Shown here one piece after another: positions 20,616-30,603 of a DNA stretch of 64,000 nt; the first letter of the stretch is position 1; every line of letters begins with the position of its first letter. This DNA comes from Candidatus Altimarinota bacterium. GTDB taxonomy: Bacteria; Patescibacteriota; Gracilibacteria; 1-14-2-50-48-13. Location of the stretch: the NCBI GenBank assembly GCA_046314355.1, contig JBKBWQ010000001.1, positions 160,001 to 224,000 of the forward strand, given 5' to 3'. The notes under the pieces were generated by a model that saw only the letters and a list, made by a program, of their open reading frames with translations, was not told where the DNA came from and did not search any database. The position numbers and the translations under genes are program-made.

Positions 20616-22742
20616 TTACTTCGTCTTCATCTCGTGCACCCCATCCCAATCTTTCTCGGGTGGATTCTTTATATATTCTTCGATGCGGGATTTATATAGT
20701 TTTAAGACAGAATCATTAGGATGTATTTTTATCAGCCGAGCCAAATGCTTCTTTGCTTCAACAAATTCTTTTGCTAGATAAAGTTCATATACTTTCTCAA
20801 AATCTTGTATGTACTTAAGTAGGGGTGTGTCAGCAAGAGATCTCTCTTCAATGAGTTCATATATTTGAATTGGCTGATTTTTTCCTTTTACTTTAATACG
20901 GTCAAGTATTCTAAATACAAATTCTTTTTCTGAGAGAATCTTTGTATTTTCACTGACGCATATTTCTGTACCATATACTTTATTTACTCCTTCCAGCCTT
21001 GAGGCTAGATTTACCGTATCTCCGATCACTGTATAATCAAAACGTTTCTTAGAGCCTATATTACCTACTACCATGTCTCCAGAAGCGATACCAGTACGAA
21101 TACCAACTCCTGCAAAGGTGTTCATAGTCTCTTCATCGGTTACAAGCTTGTTCATTTCCTTATGCATAGACAGAGCGCTTCGGCAGGAGAGTACTGCATG
21201 TTCTTTGAGATCAATTGGTGCCCCCCAAAATGCCATAATGGCATCTCCAATATACTTATCAAGTGTGCCTTCATATTTTAGAATGATGGAGGTCATCCGC
21301 TCAAGGTAGACATGTAAAAAGTCTACTACTTCTTCAGGAGTACGTGTTTCCGAGATCGTAGTGAAGCCTGCAATATCAGTAAATGAGACTGACATATGTT
21401 TCTTCTCTCCACCCAGTGATATCATGGAGGGATGGTCAATAATCTTCCGTACTACTTTATCTGAGACATAGTGAGAGAAGGCAGCGGTTATCTTGTTCTT
21501 AGTACGTTCTTCACGAATATATTTATAAATAATTACGGTTATAAATGTAAGAAGCAGAGCAAGAGGAGGGAACAGGGTATTAAGAACAATCTGTAGTTCA
21601 TTAAAAAACCATAAAGCAGCTACAATATATCCAGCCATAAGCAGCACCATACATATTCCGCTTACCCACGGACGCATACGGTAGAAGAGGAGAGATGCAA
21701 AAATACTGAGTAACAGCAGAATAAAAAATTCTATATATATCGGCACAGACTGAAGTCCTTTATTTGTAAGCATAGTCTCAATTGCATTTGCATGGAGCTC
21801 TACACCGGGCATTAATGTTCCAAAGGATACAGGAGCTGAGACTTCATCGTGAAGTCCAGCATTCATTTCTCCAATAAGAACAATTTTATTTTTAAAGAGT
21901 TCTGGGGAGAAGTCATTATTGTAAACTTTTACGAAAGATACAGAAGGTATACTATTTGCAGGTCCAAAGAAGTTTGTATAAAGATATTCAGTTTCCATGG
22001 GAATAATAATTGGACCATAATTCTTTCCAGTATCGGGGTTTTTTATTTTATCCTTGAGTATAACTAGTGATTTTTCAACTGCAGTTATCTCTGAAGAAGA
22101 GAGATCAAAAAATCTTCTAATGATTTCAAGAGAAAAACTGTTCTTGATGAGATCTGAATTTACTTTAAGTGGTATGTTTCTAACTGTTGCATCTGTATCA
22201 AGCGGCACATAGACGCTTCCTAGACTCATTGAAGTGCTTTTAGAATCATAGATGGTATTTACAGGTATAAGAGCAGGAGTGCCTTCCTTGGCGGCAAGTA
22301 CGATGTCTGGGTGCAGTGCGATTTTTTTTCCAAGCTCCTTATCGTCATTTGCTAATATTTCTTTTAATTTTTCTTCGTTCTCATCGCCCTCAAATACTCC
22401 TGTAAAAGCCTCATTTGCAGGTTCAGTAAAAAGCACATCTATTCCTATCACTTTTGCACCAGCGTTCTGAAGGTTTTGTACCACTTGAGCAAAATAAGTC
22501 CTTCTCCAGTTTTGCCACCGGCCTAGACCTCCTTCTGACTGCGCTTTTAGACTTTCCTCATCTATTTTTACCACCACTACATCTCCTGTATGATAACTGG
22601 TCTGATAGGAGTAGAGAAAATTACTGATCTTTAAATGCCATGAAGTAAAACCTCCAGCAAGTTCTACAGCAAAAAGAAAAATGCTGATTAAAAGAGCAAT
22701 GAAAGATATTTGGAAGATACGTGATTTTGAAGAGGCTTTCAT
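20616..22742 (-). CDS. CHASE2-domain class III adenylate/guanylate cyclase
   Basis: VVVKIDEES, AKVIGIDVLF, MPGVELHA, 3 TM helices, FTDIAGFT, DKYIGDAIMAFWGAP, GDTVNLASRLEG. Confidence 0.95.
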   Translation of the reverse strand: MKASSKSRIFQISFIALLISIFLFAVELAGGFTSWHLKISNFLYSYQTSYHTGDVVVVKIDEESLKAQSEGGLGRWQNWRRTYFAQVVQNLQNAGAKVIGIDVLFTEPANEAFTGVFEGDENEEKLKEILANDDKELGKKIALHPDIVLAAKEGTPALIPVNTIYDSKSTSMSLGSVYVPLDTDATVRNIPLKVNSDLIKNSFSLEIIRRFFDLSSSEITAVEKSLVILKDKIKNPDTGKNYGPIIIPMETEYLYTNFFGPANSIPSVSFVKVYNNDFSPELFKNKIVLIGEMNAGLHDEVSAPVSFGTLMPGVELHANAIETMLTNKGLQSVPIYIEFFILLLLSIFASLLFYRMRPWVSGICMVLLMAGYIVAALWFFNELQIVLNTLFPPLALLLTFITVIIYKYIREERTKNKITAAFSHYVSDKVVRKIIDHPSMISLGGEKKHMSVSFTDIAGFTTISETRTPEEVVDFLHVYLERMTSIILKYEGTLDKYIGDAIMAFWGAPIDLKEHAVLSCRSALSMHKEMNKLVTDEETMNTFAGVGIRTGIASGDMVVGNIGSKKRFDYTVIGDTVNLASRLEGVNKVYGTEICVSENTKILSEKEFVFRILDRIKVKGKNQPIQIYELIEERSLADTPLLKYIQDFEKVYELYLAKEFVEAKKHLARLIKIHPNDSVLKLYKSRIEEYIKNPPEKDWDGVHEMKTK

Positions 22743-22836
22743 GGAGAGATATTATATATGGAAAAATACTATTCCATATGTTGAATAATCATTTCCACCA
22801 CTATACGTATTTTACAAGAATTTGAAACATCTTGTC

Positions 22837-23787
22837 TCAAGAATTGATAACCAATGCTTTTTCAAATCCAAGATCTTGAAGTATTTCCTGAAAAACTGCA
22901 GGCAGGGGAGCGATGATTTGCTCTGTGCTACCAGTACTTTGAGTCTTAAACTGGAGTTTCCATGCATGTAGGAACTGCCCTTGAAGCAGCTTAGAATAGG
23001 GACTCTTTCTTTGAGCATACGTATCGTCACCCACAAGCGGAAATCCAATATTTGCAAAATGAACACGAATCTGATGAGTTCTTCCGGTATGAAGAATAAT
23101 TCTCAGTAACGTAAAATCCTTAGTTGAAGCAAGTACGTGGAATTCTGTGCTTGCAGGCTTACCATTTGCAACGACTGCCATTTTCTTCCGATCACGTGGA
23201 GAACGCCCTATTGGTGCATCAATAAAACCATGAGATTGCGTCATTGCACCATACACTAGTGCTATATACTCTTTCTGAACAGTTCTCTCTTTGAATTGAG
23301 CACTATAGTAGTTGACAGCCTGATCATTTTTAGCAGTAAGGAGCACCCCGCTGGTCCATTTATCAAGTCTATGGACGATTCCTGGTCGTGCCGTATCTTT
23401 AATAGAAAATTCTGTGTCAGGTAGCCCTAGAAGTGCATGGGCAACACTCAGAGTGCGTGAATGCATGTCATCTCCAGGATGTACAGTAAGTCCTAGAGGC
23501 TTATTGATGACTAAGGTGTCTTTATCCTGATAAAGAATATCCAGAGCAATATCTGTCCTTCCTTCAATATGCCATGGTGTATCTTCTATATTATGTGAGA
23601 TAGAAATTTCGTCTCCTTTTCGAAGTTCAGTGCTCACTTTTTTGATAACTATATTATTTATCAAAAGAGAACTACTTTCAATAATATGCTGAAAAAAAGA
23701 ACGCGACCTCTCAGGATACAATTTTGAGAGGTACGCGTCTATTCTTCTTTGAGGCTTAATGATACATATCTGCAGATGAAACCGCAT
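22837..23787 (-). CDS. RluA/RluD family pseudouridine synthase
   Basis: S4-like N-terminus, RPGIVHRLDK, TGRTHQIRVH. Confidence 0.93.
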   Translation of the reverse strand: MRFHLQICIIKPQRRIDAYLSKLYPERSRSFFQHIIESSSLLINNIVIKKVSTELRKGDEISISHNIEDTPWHIEGRTDIALDILYQDKDTLVINKPLGLTVHPGDDMHSRTLSVAHALLGLPDTEFSIKDTARPGIVHRLDKWTSGVLLTAKNDQAVNYYSAQFKERTVQKEYIALVYGAMTQSHGFIDAPIGRSPRDRKKMAVVANGKPASTEFHVLASTKDFTLLRIILHTGRTHQIRVHFANIGFPLVGDDTYAQRKSPYSKLLQGQFLHAWKLQFKTQSTGSTEQIIAPLPAVFQEILQDLGFEKALVINS

Positions 23788-24296
23788 TATAATCCGAGTT
23801 TACGTTTGATATCATCCACTTCACTTTGAGTCTGGTTCTGAGCCTGAGCCTGTCTGCCCTCAAGTTCGAGCATTTGCCATTCTCTCGCGTTATCATTGAT
23901 AAGCTTTTGAACTTGTTCAGGATGTTTTTTCTGAAGTTCTTCAAATTTCTGTTTTTCTTCTTCTAAAATTTTTACAAGCTCATCAATCTGAAACTGTGAG
24001 AGTCCAGGGAGTTTTGTAAATAAGATATCTTTCTTTTCTGTAATACTAAGCGAGAGTGATCCTGCGAAGAGATAGAGAAAATATTTTTCGTCAAATATTG
24101 TAGTTGGATGTTCAGGAAGTTTTACAATAGTAGTAAACATCTGAAATGCACTAGTCTGTTTATATGCTGCCCCTCTTGGCTCTGGCGGAGGAGTTGCGTT
24201 CAAAAAATCTTCTAATTGAGCGTCATCTTGTTCAACTGCTACAGGATCTTGGGTAGACCCTCCTTGTGTTTGAGTCTGCTGACCATCGTCATTCAT
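23787..24296 (-). CDS. Hypothetical protein
   Basis: 169-aa ORF translationally coupled to the rluA-like gene. Confidence 0.7.
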   Translation of the reverse strand: MNDDGQQTQTQGGSTQDPVAVEQDDAQLEDFLNATPPPEPRGAAYKQTSAFQMFTTIVKLPEHPTTIFDEKYFLYLFAGSLSLSITEKKDILFTKLPGLSQFQIDELVKILEEEKQKFEELQKKHPEQVQKLINDNAREWQMLELEGRQAQAQNQTQSEVDDIKRKLGL

Positions 24297-24391
24297 ATCG
24301 GATAGTATAAAAATTTAACTTTGTCACAGAACAATTCTACGGGTATAATTAAAAAAAAGCAAGTAATCGGCTTAAAACTTATGTTTTTCAC

Positions 24392-25564
24392 ATGGAAGCT
24401 CTAGACAGAAACGAACAGCAAAAAAAAGCAGCGACATCTTTAGATATACATTCAACAGGAGATTTTTCTACTGCGGCCACTGTAGTTTTTTTGGTAGGTA
24501 ATTCTCTGAGAAGACTGCATGCTTTCTGGTCAATTATGAATATCTTGGATAGTTTGGATCATCCGTTTACAGGACTTACAGCGACCCTTAAGAAGGATGA
24601 ATTGGAATTTATGAAATCCCGGACACCACTAAAGAACGGCACCTGTGAGCATTATTCTCTTCATACCTTTCAAGAAGCTTATAAAAAGCATCAAATAGCA
24701 TCTACGAAGAAAGCTTTCATCATTATAGAGATGGATTTTAATCTTCTATCTAATATCTCTTTCCCTCAGCATGAGGTCCAGACTCTACTTCTTACGGACT
24801 TTACATTTAGTGATCCTGATACTCCTGCATTTTTGGAGGAGAGAATCATTTCACAGATGAGAAGATCGTCATTACTTCAGACAATAGTATACAATTATGA
24901 TATTGGACAGTTTGAAAGCCAGACTCAGAGTTCATTTCATTTGCGTCTTGATGATATTCCTATTAGAACTCATTATAGTTTCGGTAAAACCACAGACAGC
25001 CTGATGCAGTTTTCAGAAAAAGGAAATACCCTGCTGACTGCCATGCCGAATCTTCAGCTTACTCTTCCTTTTGATCCCCATTCTACTGTGATGAGAAAAG
25101 AAGGGTACTTTGCAGCGGTTGGTCTTCTGCTTGCCGAGAGAGTTCTCAATCATGATGTATCGTTTCATTCTCAGCCTGCATCGCCATGGCTTGAAGAACA
25201 GATTTCTCCTAAGCTTACTGCGCTTTGGGCAAAGTATTCATCGAGACCTGAGGAAATCCAGTCTATTATTGAAAGATGTCCTCGTCTTTGTATGAGTTTG
25301 AGTGTGTATCTCAGGTTTGAACAGACTATAGAAAATTCCATCGCGGATATTGAAAGAGTAGTTGTGGTTGCCGAAGAAAAAAGTCAGGAGGCAGTATTTT
25401 CTGAATACTTTGTACAAAAGGAAAAAGATTCGTATCATACAATTGTATTTATCCCTGATGCGGCACAACTTCCTGATTTGTTATCAGCGGTTGCTGGTGA
25501 AGAAGAGTTCTATCTTTTGTTTGATGATCTCCGTACATACCAATATTTTTTCAAATCTGCATAA
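24392..25564 (+). CDS. Hypothetical protein, possibly a highly degenerate Mur-ligase-like fold
   Basis: FIIIEMD...LLLTDF...IVYNYD...YSFG echo the Mur ligase central domain; no GKT P-loop. Confidence 0.4.
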   Translation: MEALDRNEQQKKAATSLDIHSTGDFSTAATVVFLVGNSLRRLHAFWSIMNILDSLDHPFTGLTATLKKDELEFMKSRTPLKNGTCEHYSLHTFQEAYKKHQIASTKKAFIIIEMDFNLLSNISFPQHEVQTLLLTDFTFSDPDTPAFLEERIISQMRRSSLLQTIVYNYDIGQFESQTQSSFHLRLDDIPIRTHYSFGKTTDSLMQFSEKGNTLLTAMPNLQLTLPFDPHSTVMRKEGYFAAVGLLLAERVLNHDVSFHSQPASPWLEEQISPKLTALWAKYSSRPEEIQSIIERCPRLCMSLSVYLRFEQTIENSIADIERVVVVAEEKSQEAVFSEYFVQKEKDSYHTIVFIPDAAQLPDLLSAVAGEEEFYLLFDDLRTYQYFFKSA

Positions 25565-25613
25565 GTGTGATATAATAAGTACAAATCTTTCTTACCTTTC
25601 TCATTTCACTTGT

Positions 25614-26402
25614 ATGAAACAGTCTCTCTCTCTTTCCGGAGTTATTCTGTCAGTGGTGCTCTTAGCTAGCTGTGGCAACTCTCAGCTTGATGCGTCTCTT
25701 ACTGCACAATCAGCTTCTGGTACGGCTTTAGCTGCGGCTAAAACAGAACCTACCGAAGCTCGTCTTACTGTGCCTGAATCAAAAATAAAGTTTAATAATC
25801 TATTCTACGGAGAGCCTCTCCGAATGGAAACTGAAAAAACTAAATGTAGAAATAATACTACAGACGCAGTCTGTAAGCAGGGATTTAAGCTATATCATAT
25901 TGGTAATGTAGGAGATGCTCATTTGCCTCTTCTTCAGATTTTGATTGTAGATCCATCAACGATTAAAGATACTGCGCTTAAAGCTTACGCAGATACTCTT
26001 GTTGCAAATATCGACGGAGGACAGAAGTCGCTTAGTGCTTCGGATGATCTTTTTGGAAAATTCAACAATGAAAAGACACTTGCTGTACTTAAAGGTACAC
26101 AGGGTGAGAAGAATGGTAATAAATACTATAGCTTTTATACTGTAAATGAGAAAAATAAGACACAGTCTCTTTACTATACTACTGCAAAGAAACTTGGAAA
26201 TGAACTCGTGATGCTTAAGCTCAATGCAGGTGTAAACCAGGAAACAAAGAAGGAATCATTTAATGCATATAAAGATTGTGGTGCAACATGTACTGCAGAA
26301 CAGAAAGCAGCATCTTACATCGAAAAGAAAGAAGGTTTCGCTACATACAAGACGCTACTTGATAAAGTAAACACGATGCTTGTATCTTTTGAAACAAAGT
26401 AA
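25614..26402 (+). CDS. Putative lipoprotein
   Basis: ATG 25614 gives MKQSLSLSGVILSVVLLASC (lipobox); the ORF-track start at 25362 overlaps the upstream gene. Confidence 0.75.
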   Translation: MKQSLSLSGVILSVVLLASCGNSQLDASLTAQSASGTALAAAKTEPTEARLTVPESKIKFNNLFYGEPLRMETEKTKCRNNTTDAVCKQGFKLYHIGNVGDAHLPLLQILIVDPSTIKDTALKAYADTLVANIDGGQKSLSASDDLFGKFNNEKTLAVLKGTQGEKNGNKYYSFYTVNEKNKTQSLYYTTAKKLGNELVMLKLNAGVNQETKKESFNAYKDCGATCTAEQKAASYIEKKEGFATYKTLLDKVNTMLVSFETK

Positions 26403-26416
26403 CCCTGAGAATATCC

Positions 26417-26986
26417 ATGAGTCAGATGAAAACAGCGGCGCTATTTATAGACGCAGAAAACCTTTACTTTATACAGAAAGGATTGGGATGGGAGGTTGAT
26501 CTTCCAAAGGTATACGAATTTTTCGAAGAAAGATACAATATATACAATGCATTTTACTACACAGTAGTTGATCCTTCCAGTGAAGGATATATTGAAAAGA
26601 ATCAGTTTCTTGATACGTTGAGCCCAGTGGGCTACACGATCAGGAAGAAGATCATAAAGATCATCAAAGCAGGAGACAAGATCATCAAAAAAGGTAATTT
26701 GGATATAGAGATGGTCCTCGATATGTTTAATACCAAGGATCTCTATCAGGTCATTATACTATTTTCAGGTGATAGCGACTTCGAGCGAGCTTTAGAGCTT
26801 CTACGCACACATGGGAAGGAAATCATAGTAATCTCTTCGAGAGGATATGTATCAAAGGAACTCATGAATGCTCCTGATAAATACTACGATCTCCAGGATT
26901 TAAAAGAATACTTCAAGAAAGAGGGAACTGACAAAGCAAAAAAAGTGAATCTTGGAAAAAGAATTGGAGTGAAGAGGAGTAATTAG
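26417..26986 (+). CDS. NYN domain (LabA/DUF88) protein
   Basis: FIDAENL, KGNLDIEMVLD, LFSGDSDF. Confidence 0.9.
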   Translation: MSQMKTAALFIDAENLYFIQKGLGWEVDLPKVYEFFEERYNIYNAFYYTVVDPSSEGYIEKNQFLDTLSPVGYTIRKKIIKIIKAGDKIIKKGNLDIEMVLDMFNTKDLYQVIILFSGDSDFERALELLRTHGKEIIVISSRGYVSKELMNAPDKYYDLQDLKEYFKKEGTDKAKKVNLGKRIGVKRSN

Positions 26987-27125
26987 GCTCAAGTAATTGG
27001 ACGCACATCATTGGGGCTCAATAATTAAATAATTGGGCTCTATTTTTGTATGTATAATTATTTGCGTCTTATGATTGAATGATTGCAGCCCAATAATACG
27101 CGCCCTAATTATCGAGCCCAATTAC
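26979..27125. repeat. Palindromic TAATTGGGCTCAA-unit element, copy B (empty, ~40-bp AT-rich centre)
   Basis: Left arm 26979-27040, right arm ~27081-27125; 26993-27019 matches 62088-62114 at 26/27 nt. Confidence 0.85.
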
Positions 27126-27327
27126 TTTGCTTCTTTCTTCCTTCACTTGACAAAACATTTTTTTACATTATTATTTCCTCGATTTCAAAATCAGAAAGGA
27201 GAAGCTTGGTGGGACAATATCAAGCTTCTTTTTTTATATTTTACCTGTTCGTCAAGGGTACAGAATATCAAAAAAGATGGAGGTGAGGTATAATAGTATG
27301 AATACATTTATTCATAGCTGATAGAAC

Positions 27328-27879
27328 ATGATCCGAGATCCGGAATTACCTCCCGAAGAGGCATTAAAGCTGAGCAAACCAAATATTATACTGCCTTCCC
27401 GGGAGGGGCAGGTGATACGTTATGCTTGGGATTCTCCTGTTTCTATTGATCATCAAAGAGATAAAAACTGGTATATAATAATGAGCATACTCACTGCTTT
27501 GTTAGTTGTATATGGTATCTTTACAGGTTCAGTCTTGATGGCTATTACGGTCGTGACCTTTGCAGCTGTCTATAGATATGTACATACCAATGAAAAATAT
27601 ACAGGCAGTATTAGAGTAGTCCTTACTGAAAGAGGTATTATTTATGGCAGCCATTTCTATGATTATGCTGAAATATCAAAATTCTCTTTTATATATGGAG
27701 ATGCATTTTTGATGCTGGAGCTTGCTCTGACAAAAAAATATTCTTCAAATCCAACCATATATTTGACTGGTGCAGAGGATATGGAAGAGATCAGACGTAT
27801 CTTAAGCGAGAAATCAGAAGAGGTAACAGGAATTCATGAGAGTATAACCCACCGCATTTTTAGGATCTTGAAGCTATAA
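27328..27879 (+). CDS. Two-TM membrane protein with PH-like C-terminal domain (CPR-type)
   Basis: W...HQRDKNWY, two TM helices, VVLTERGIIYG..FYDYAEI..F. Confidence 0.6.
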   Translation: MIRDPELPPEEALKLSKPNIILPSREGQVIRYAWDSPVSIDHQRDKNWYIIMSILTALLVVYGIFTGSVLMAITVVTFAAVYRYVHTNEKYTGSIRVVLTERGIIYGSHFYDYAEISKFSFIYGDAFLMLELALTKKYSSNPTIYLTGAEDMEEIRRILSEKSEEVTGIHESITHRIFRILKL

Positions 27880-27888
27880 ACAAAAACT

Positions 27889-30525
27889 ATGAAATATATA
27901 CAAAAAATAAAAAAGAGTCTCGTTGTAGTAGCATTAAGCGGAATGCTTTTCTTTGGTGGTACAAATAATGTACAGCAGGTATATGCAGCTGCTACTCCAG
28001 TAACAACAACTGCATCTGGGGATACTCTAGATAACCCTGTAGATCCAAAATTTAAGGCACAGCTTGAGCAGAGTTTTGGTACTGAGCTTGCAAATACATT
28101 TACCATGTTTGCGCTTACTATCTCTCTTGTACTGAAGTACTTGTATGTCCTTCTAATGCCGCTTCTCGCGATCATTGGAAAATTTATGAGTAATGACTGG
28201 GTAACTGGAAATGTACTCAATGTGGATATTATTATAGAAGTAGCATGGAGCTATATACGAAATCTAGTGAATGTGGCGATGATGTTTTATCTCCTCTTTA
28301 TTGCTGGATCTAATATTCTTTTTGGATATGGAGGAAAAATGCCACAGGATGCACAGAATATGCCTGAAAAGCTTCGAAAGGTGGCATTGGTATTGATCCT
28401 GGTAAATTTCTCAATGCTTTTCTGCCGTACTATTATCAATGTCTCCGGAGTTGTGACTACAGGAGCCTTTGGTATTGCTAAGCAATCAGGAGCTTTCTTT
28501 GATTCTCAGACCAAGGGGTATTTCCCATTTATATGGAAAGAGGCATTAGGGTCTAAGACTACGGTGGTTTATAAGAATGAAGCTGCAGTAACGAATGCTG
28601 GAAGTAATGACAACAAAGCAAAATTTCCTGATACTTATGCACTGGAATGTATACATAAAAACTATGCAGTAAGTTTGAAAAGTCTAAGTCTGCAGGGAGA
28701 TGGAGGAAGCATTGTTATAGCAAATCCAATCGTTAATGATAGAGGAGAGTACGACCGTGCTTGGTATCATAATTATAAAATCCTTGTGAACTCAGAAGCT
28801 GAGTATGAAACCAAGTCACAATGGGTAAAAGACAATGCTTCACCAGGTGCTGCAGGATTTGTATCATCAGAGCAGGAATTCAAGCAGGTAACGGATTCAG
28901 GCACCACAGGAGGGAAAAGGTCATATCCATATTATTCAGACTGTGTGACTGACTGGAATGATCTCTACTTCTCATCGAGAAACGCGATGTTCCTCTTTGC
29001 CTTTAATCTCATGAAGATCGGAGACTACGAAAGCGGACTTGGAAACATCAGCTCCTTTTCGGACCTCCTTTCCCGAGTAGTAATATCAGTGACATATCTA
29101 GTCGTATTCTTCGCAGTAATTCTAGCATTGGCGGTTGCGGTAATACTTAGAGGAATTATGCTCTGGTTCTTTATGGTAATGTCACCTATATGGCTGACAC
29201 TTGAAATCTTAGGGAAAAGAGATATGGCTGCCTTTAAAGGAAAAGTGGGAACAATGGAGAGTTTTATTAAACTCGCATTTATGCCGGCAGTATTAGGATT
29301 CATCCTCTCCATAGTATTTCTGATGATCAATTATCTCAAATATATTGGAAAACTAGAAGGTGCAGATGCTGGAGTGATCAGTCTTATGGGACTGAACCTG
29401 TACTTCGACGCAAACAATCCAATCATTGGTGGACTCAATAGTATGTTTGATATGATGATTGCGATCGTCACTATCGTTGCAGTCTGGTTTGCGGTGAAAA
29501 CTGCCTTTGAATTCGGATTTAAGGATACTGGTATGTTCTACGACAAGGTATACAAGCCTACAGTTGGACGTATCCTTGGTACAGCTGAACAGATTGGTAA
29601 ATACGCAGCTCAGACGCCGCTGTATGCAAGGTGGATACCGGCAGGGAAGAACAAGCTCTCTTTTGCAAACTTACGAGATATGTCTTCGACTGCTCTTCCT
29701 GCAGCTCTACAAGGCAGAGATACGGCTTCTAGAAACTTTGTAAATGATATCCTTCATCCTGAGAATGCTGATGATTACAAATTAAATGATGACAAGAGAG
29801 ATGCTCTTCATGAGAAATTAAGCACAGCAAAGGTTAGTTCTGCTGCACTTAGAAAAGTATTTAAAGATGACTTTAAGCTTTCAAATAAACCTGAGAAGAA
29901 GGTCATGCTTGATCTATTAAGTAAGATTGATCAATCAGATGGCAATAGTGATATTACGCTTGATGTAGGTGGAAAATCGGTCACTATTCCTAAAGGAACT
30001 ATAAGTGCTTTGAAAACAGATCTTAACAATAATAGAGCTGGATTAGTAACACTCCTCAATAGTGTAAAAGAAGGTAAATATGAAAAGACACCTATTACAG
30101 AAACTATGAGCAGTACTATAACTCAGATCTTGACAGGTGAAGTACCAAGCAATAGCGCAGTAAAAGCAATCAAACTTGAAGGAGATAATGTATCAGTGGG
30201 AGGAACTACAATTGGTGCTACGGATCCACTTTATACAGCTGCAACTGTCACTAATCATAAACAACTCTTAACGAAGGTAAGAGCCGCAGCAATGCCAGCC
30301 AATACTCTTCCTGCTACTACAACATTAGATACTTGGTTGCATCTTCCAGCTGGCACAAACAATAACCTTGCAAAAGCACTTGAGAAGCTTATGGATGATA
30401 TGAAGAGCAGCAATGATGGTCATGCATTTACTGCAAAGAGTTTGAAGGATTCTGGAGTGTTCGGTAATGATTGGAGTGAGGATCAAATCAAGAAGTTCTT
30501 TGGAAGTAAATATGTTGTACAATAA
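27889..30525 (+). CDS. Large polytopic membrane protein, TrbL/VirB6-like
   Basis: Signal peptide, AWSYIRNLVN, ILVNFSMLFCR, LRGIMLWFFMVMSP and multiple TM helices. Confidence 0.55.
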   Translation: MKYIQKIKKSLVVVALSGMLFFGGTNNVQQVYAAATPVTTTASGDTLDNPVDPKFKAQLEQSFGTELANTFTMFALTISLVLKYLYVLLMPLLAIIGKFMSNDWVTGNVLNVDIIIEVAWSYIRNLVNVAMMFYLLFIAGSNILFGYGGKMPQDAQNMPEKLRKVALVLILVNFSMLFCRTIINVSGVVTTGAFGIAKQSGAFFDSQTKGYFPFIWKEALGSKTTVVYKNEAAVTNAGSNDNKAKFPDTYALECIHKNYAVSLKSLSLQGDGGSIVIANPIVNDRGEYDRAWYHNYKILVNSEAEYETKSQWVKDNASPGAAGFVSSEQEFKQVTDSGTTGGKRSYPYYSDCVTDWNDLYFSSRNAMFLFAFNLMKIGDYESGLGNISSFSDLLSRVVISVTYLVVFFAVILALAVAVILRGIMLWFFMVMSPIWLTLEILGKRDMAAFKGKVGTMESFIKLAFMPAVLGFILSIVFLMINYLKYIGKLEGADAGVISLMGLNLYFDANNPIIGGLNSMFDMMIAIVTIVAVWFAVKTAFEFGFKDTGMFYDKVYKPTVGRILGTAEQIGKYAAQTPLYARWIPAGKNKLSFANLRDMSSTALPAALQGRDTASRNFVNDILHPENADDYKLNDDKRDALHEKLSTAKVSSAALRKVFKDDFKLSNKPEKKVMLDLLSKIDQSDGNSDITLDVGGKSVTIPKGTISALKTDLNNNRAGLVTLLNSVKEGKYEKTPITETMSSTITQILTGEVPSNSAVKAIKLEGDNVSVGGTTIGATDPLYTAATVTNHKQLLTKVRAAAMPANTLPATTTLDTWLHLPAGTNNNLAKALEKLMDDMKSSNDGHAFTAKSLKDSGVFGNDWSEDQIKKFFGSKYVVQ

Positions 30526-30603
30526 TTTCTCCTTGCATATGAAAATAATGAGACTAGAATCGGCGCGTGAGGAGAAAAATATTTTATTCTTTACACTATA
30601 ACT

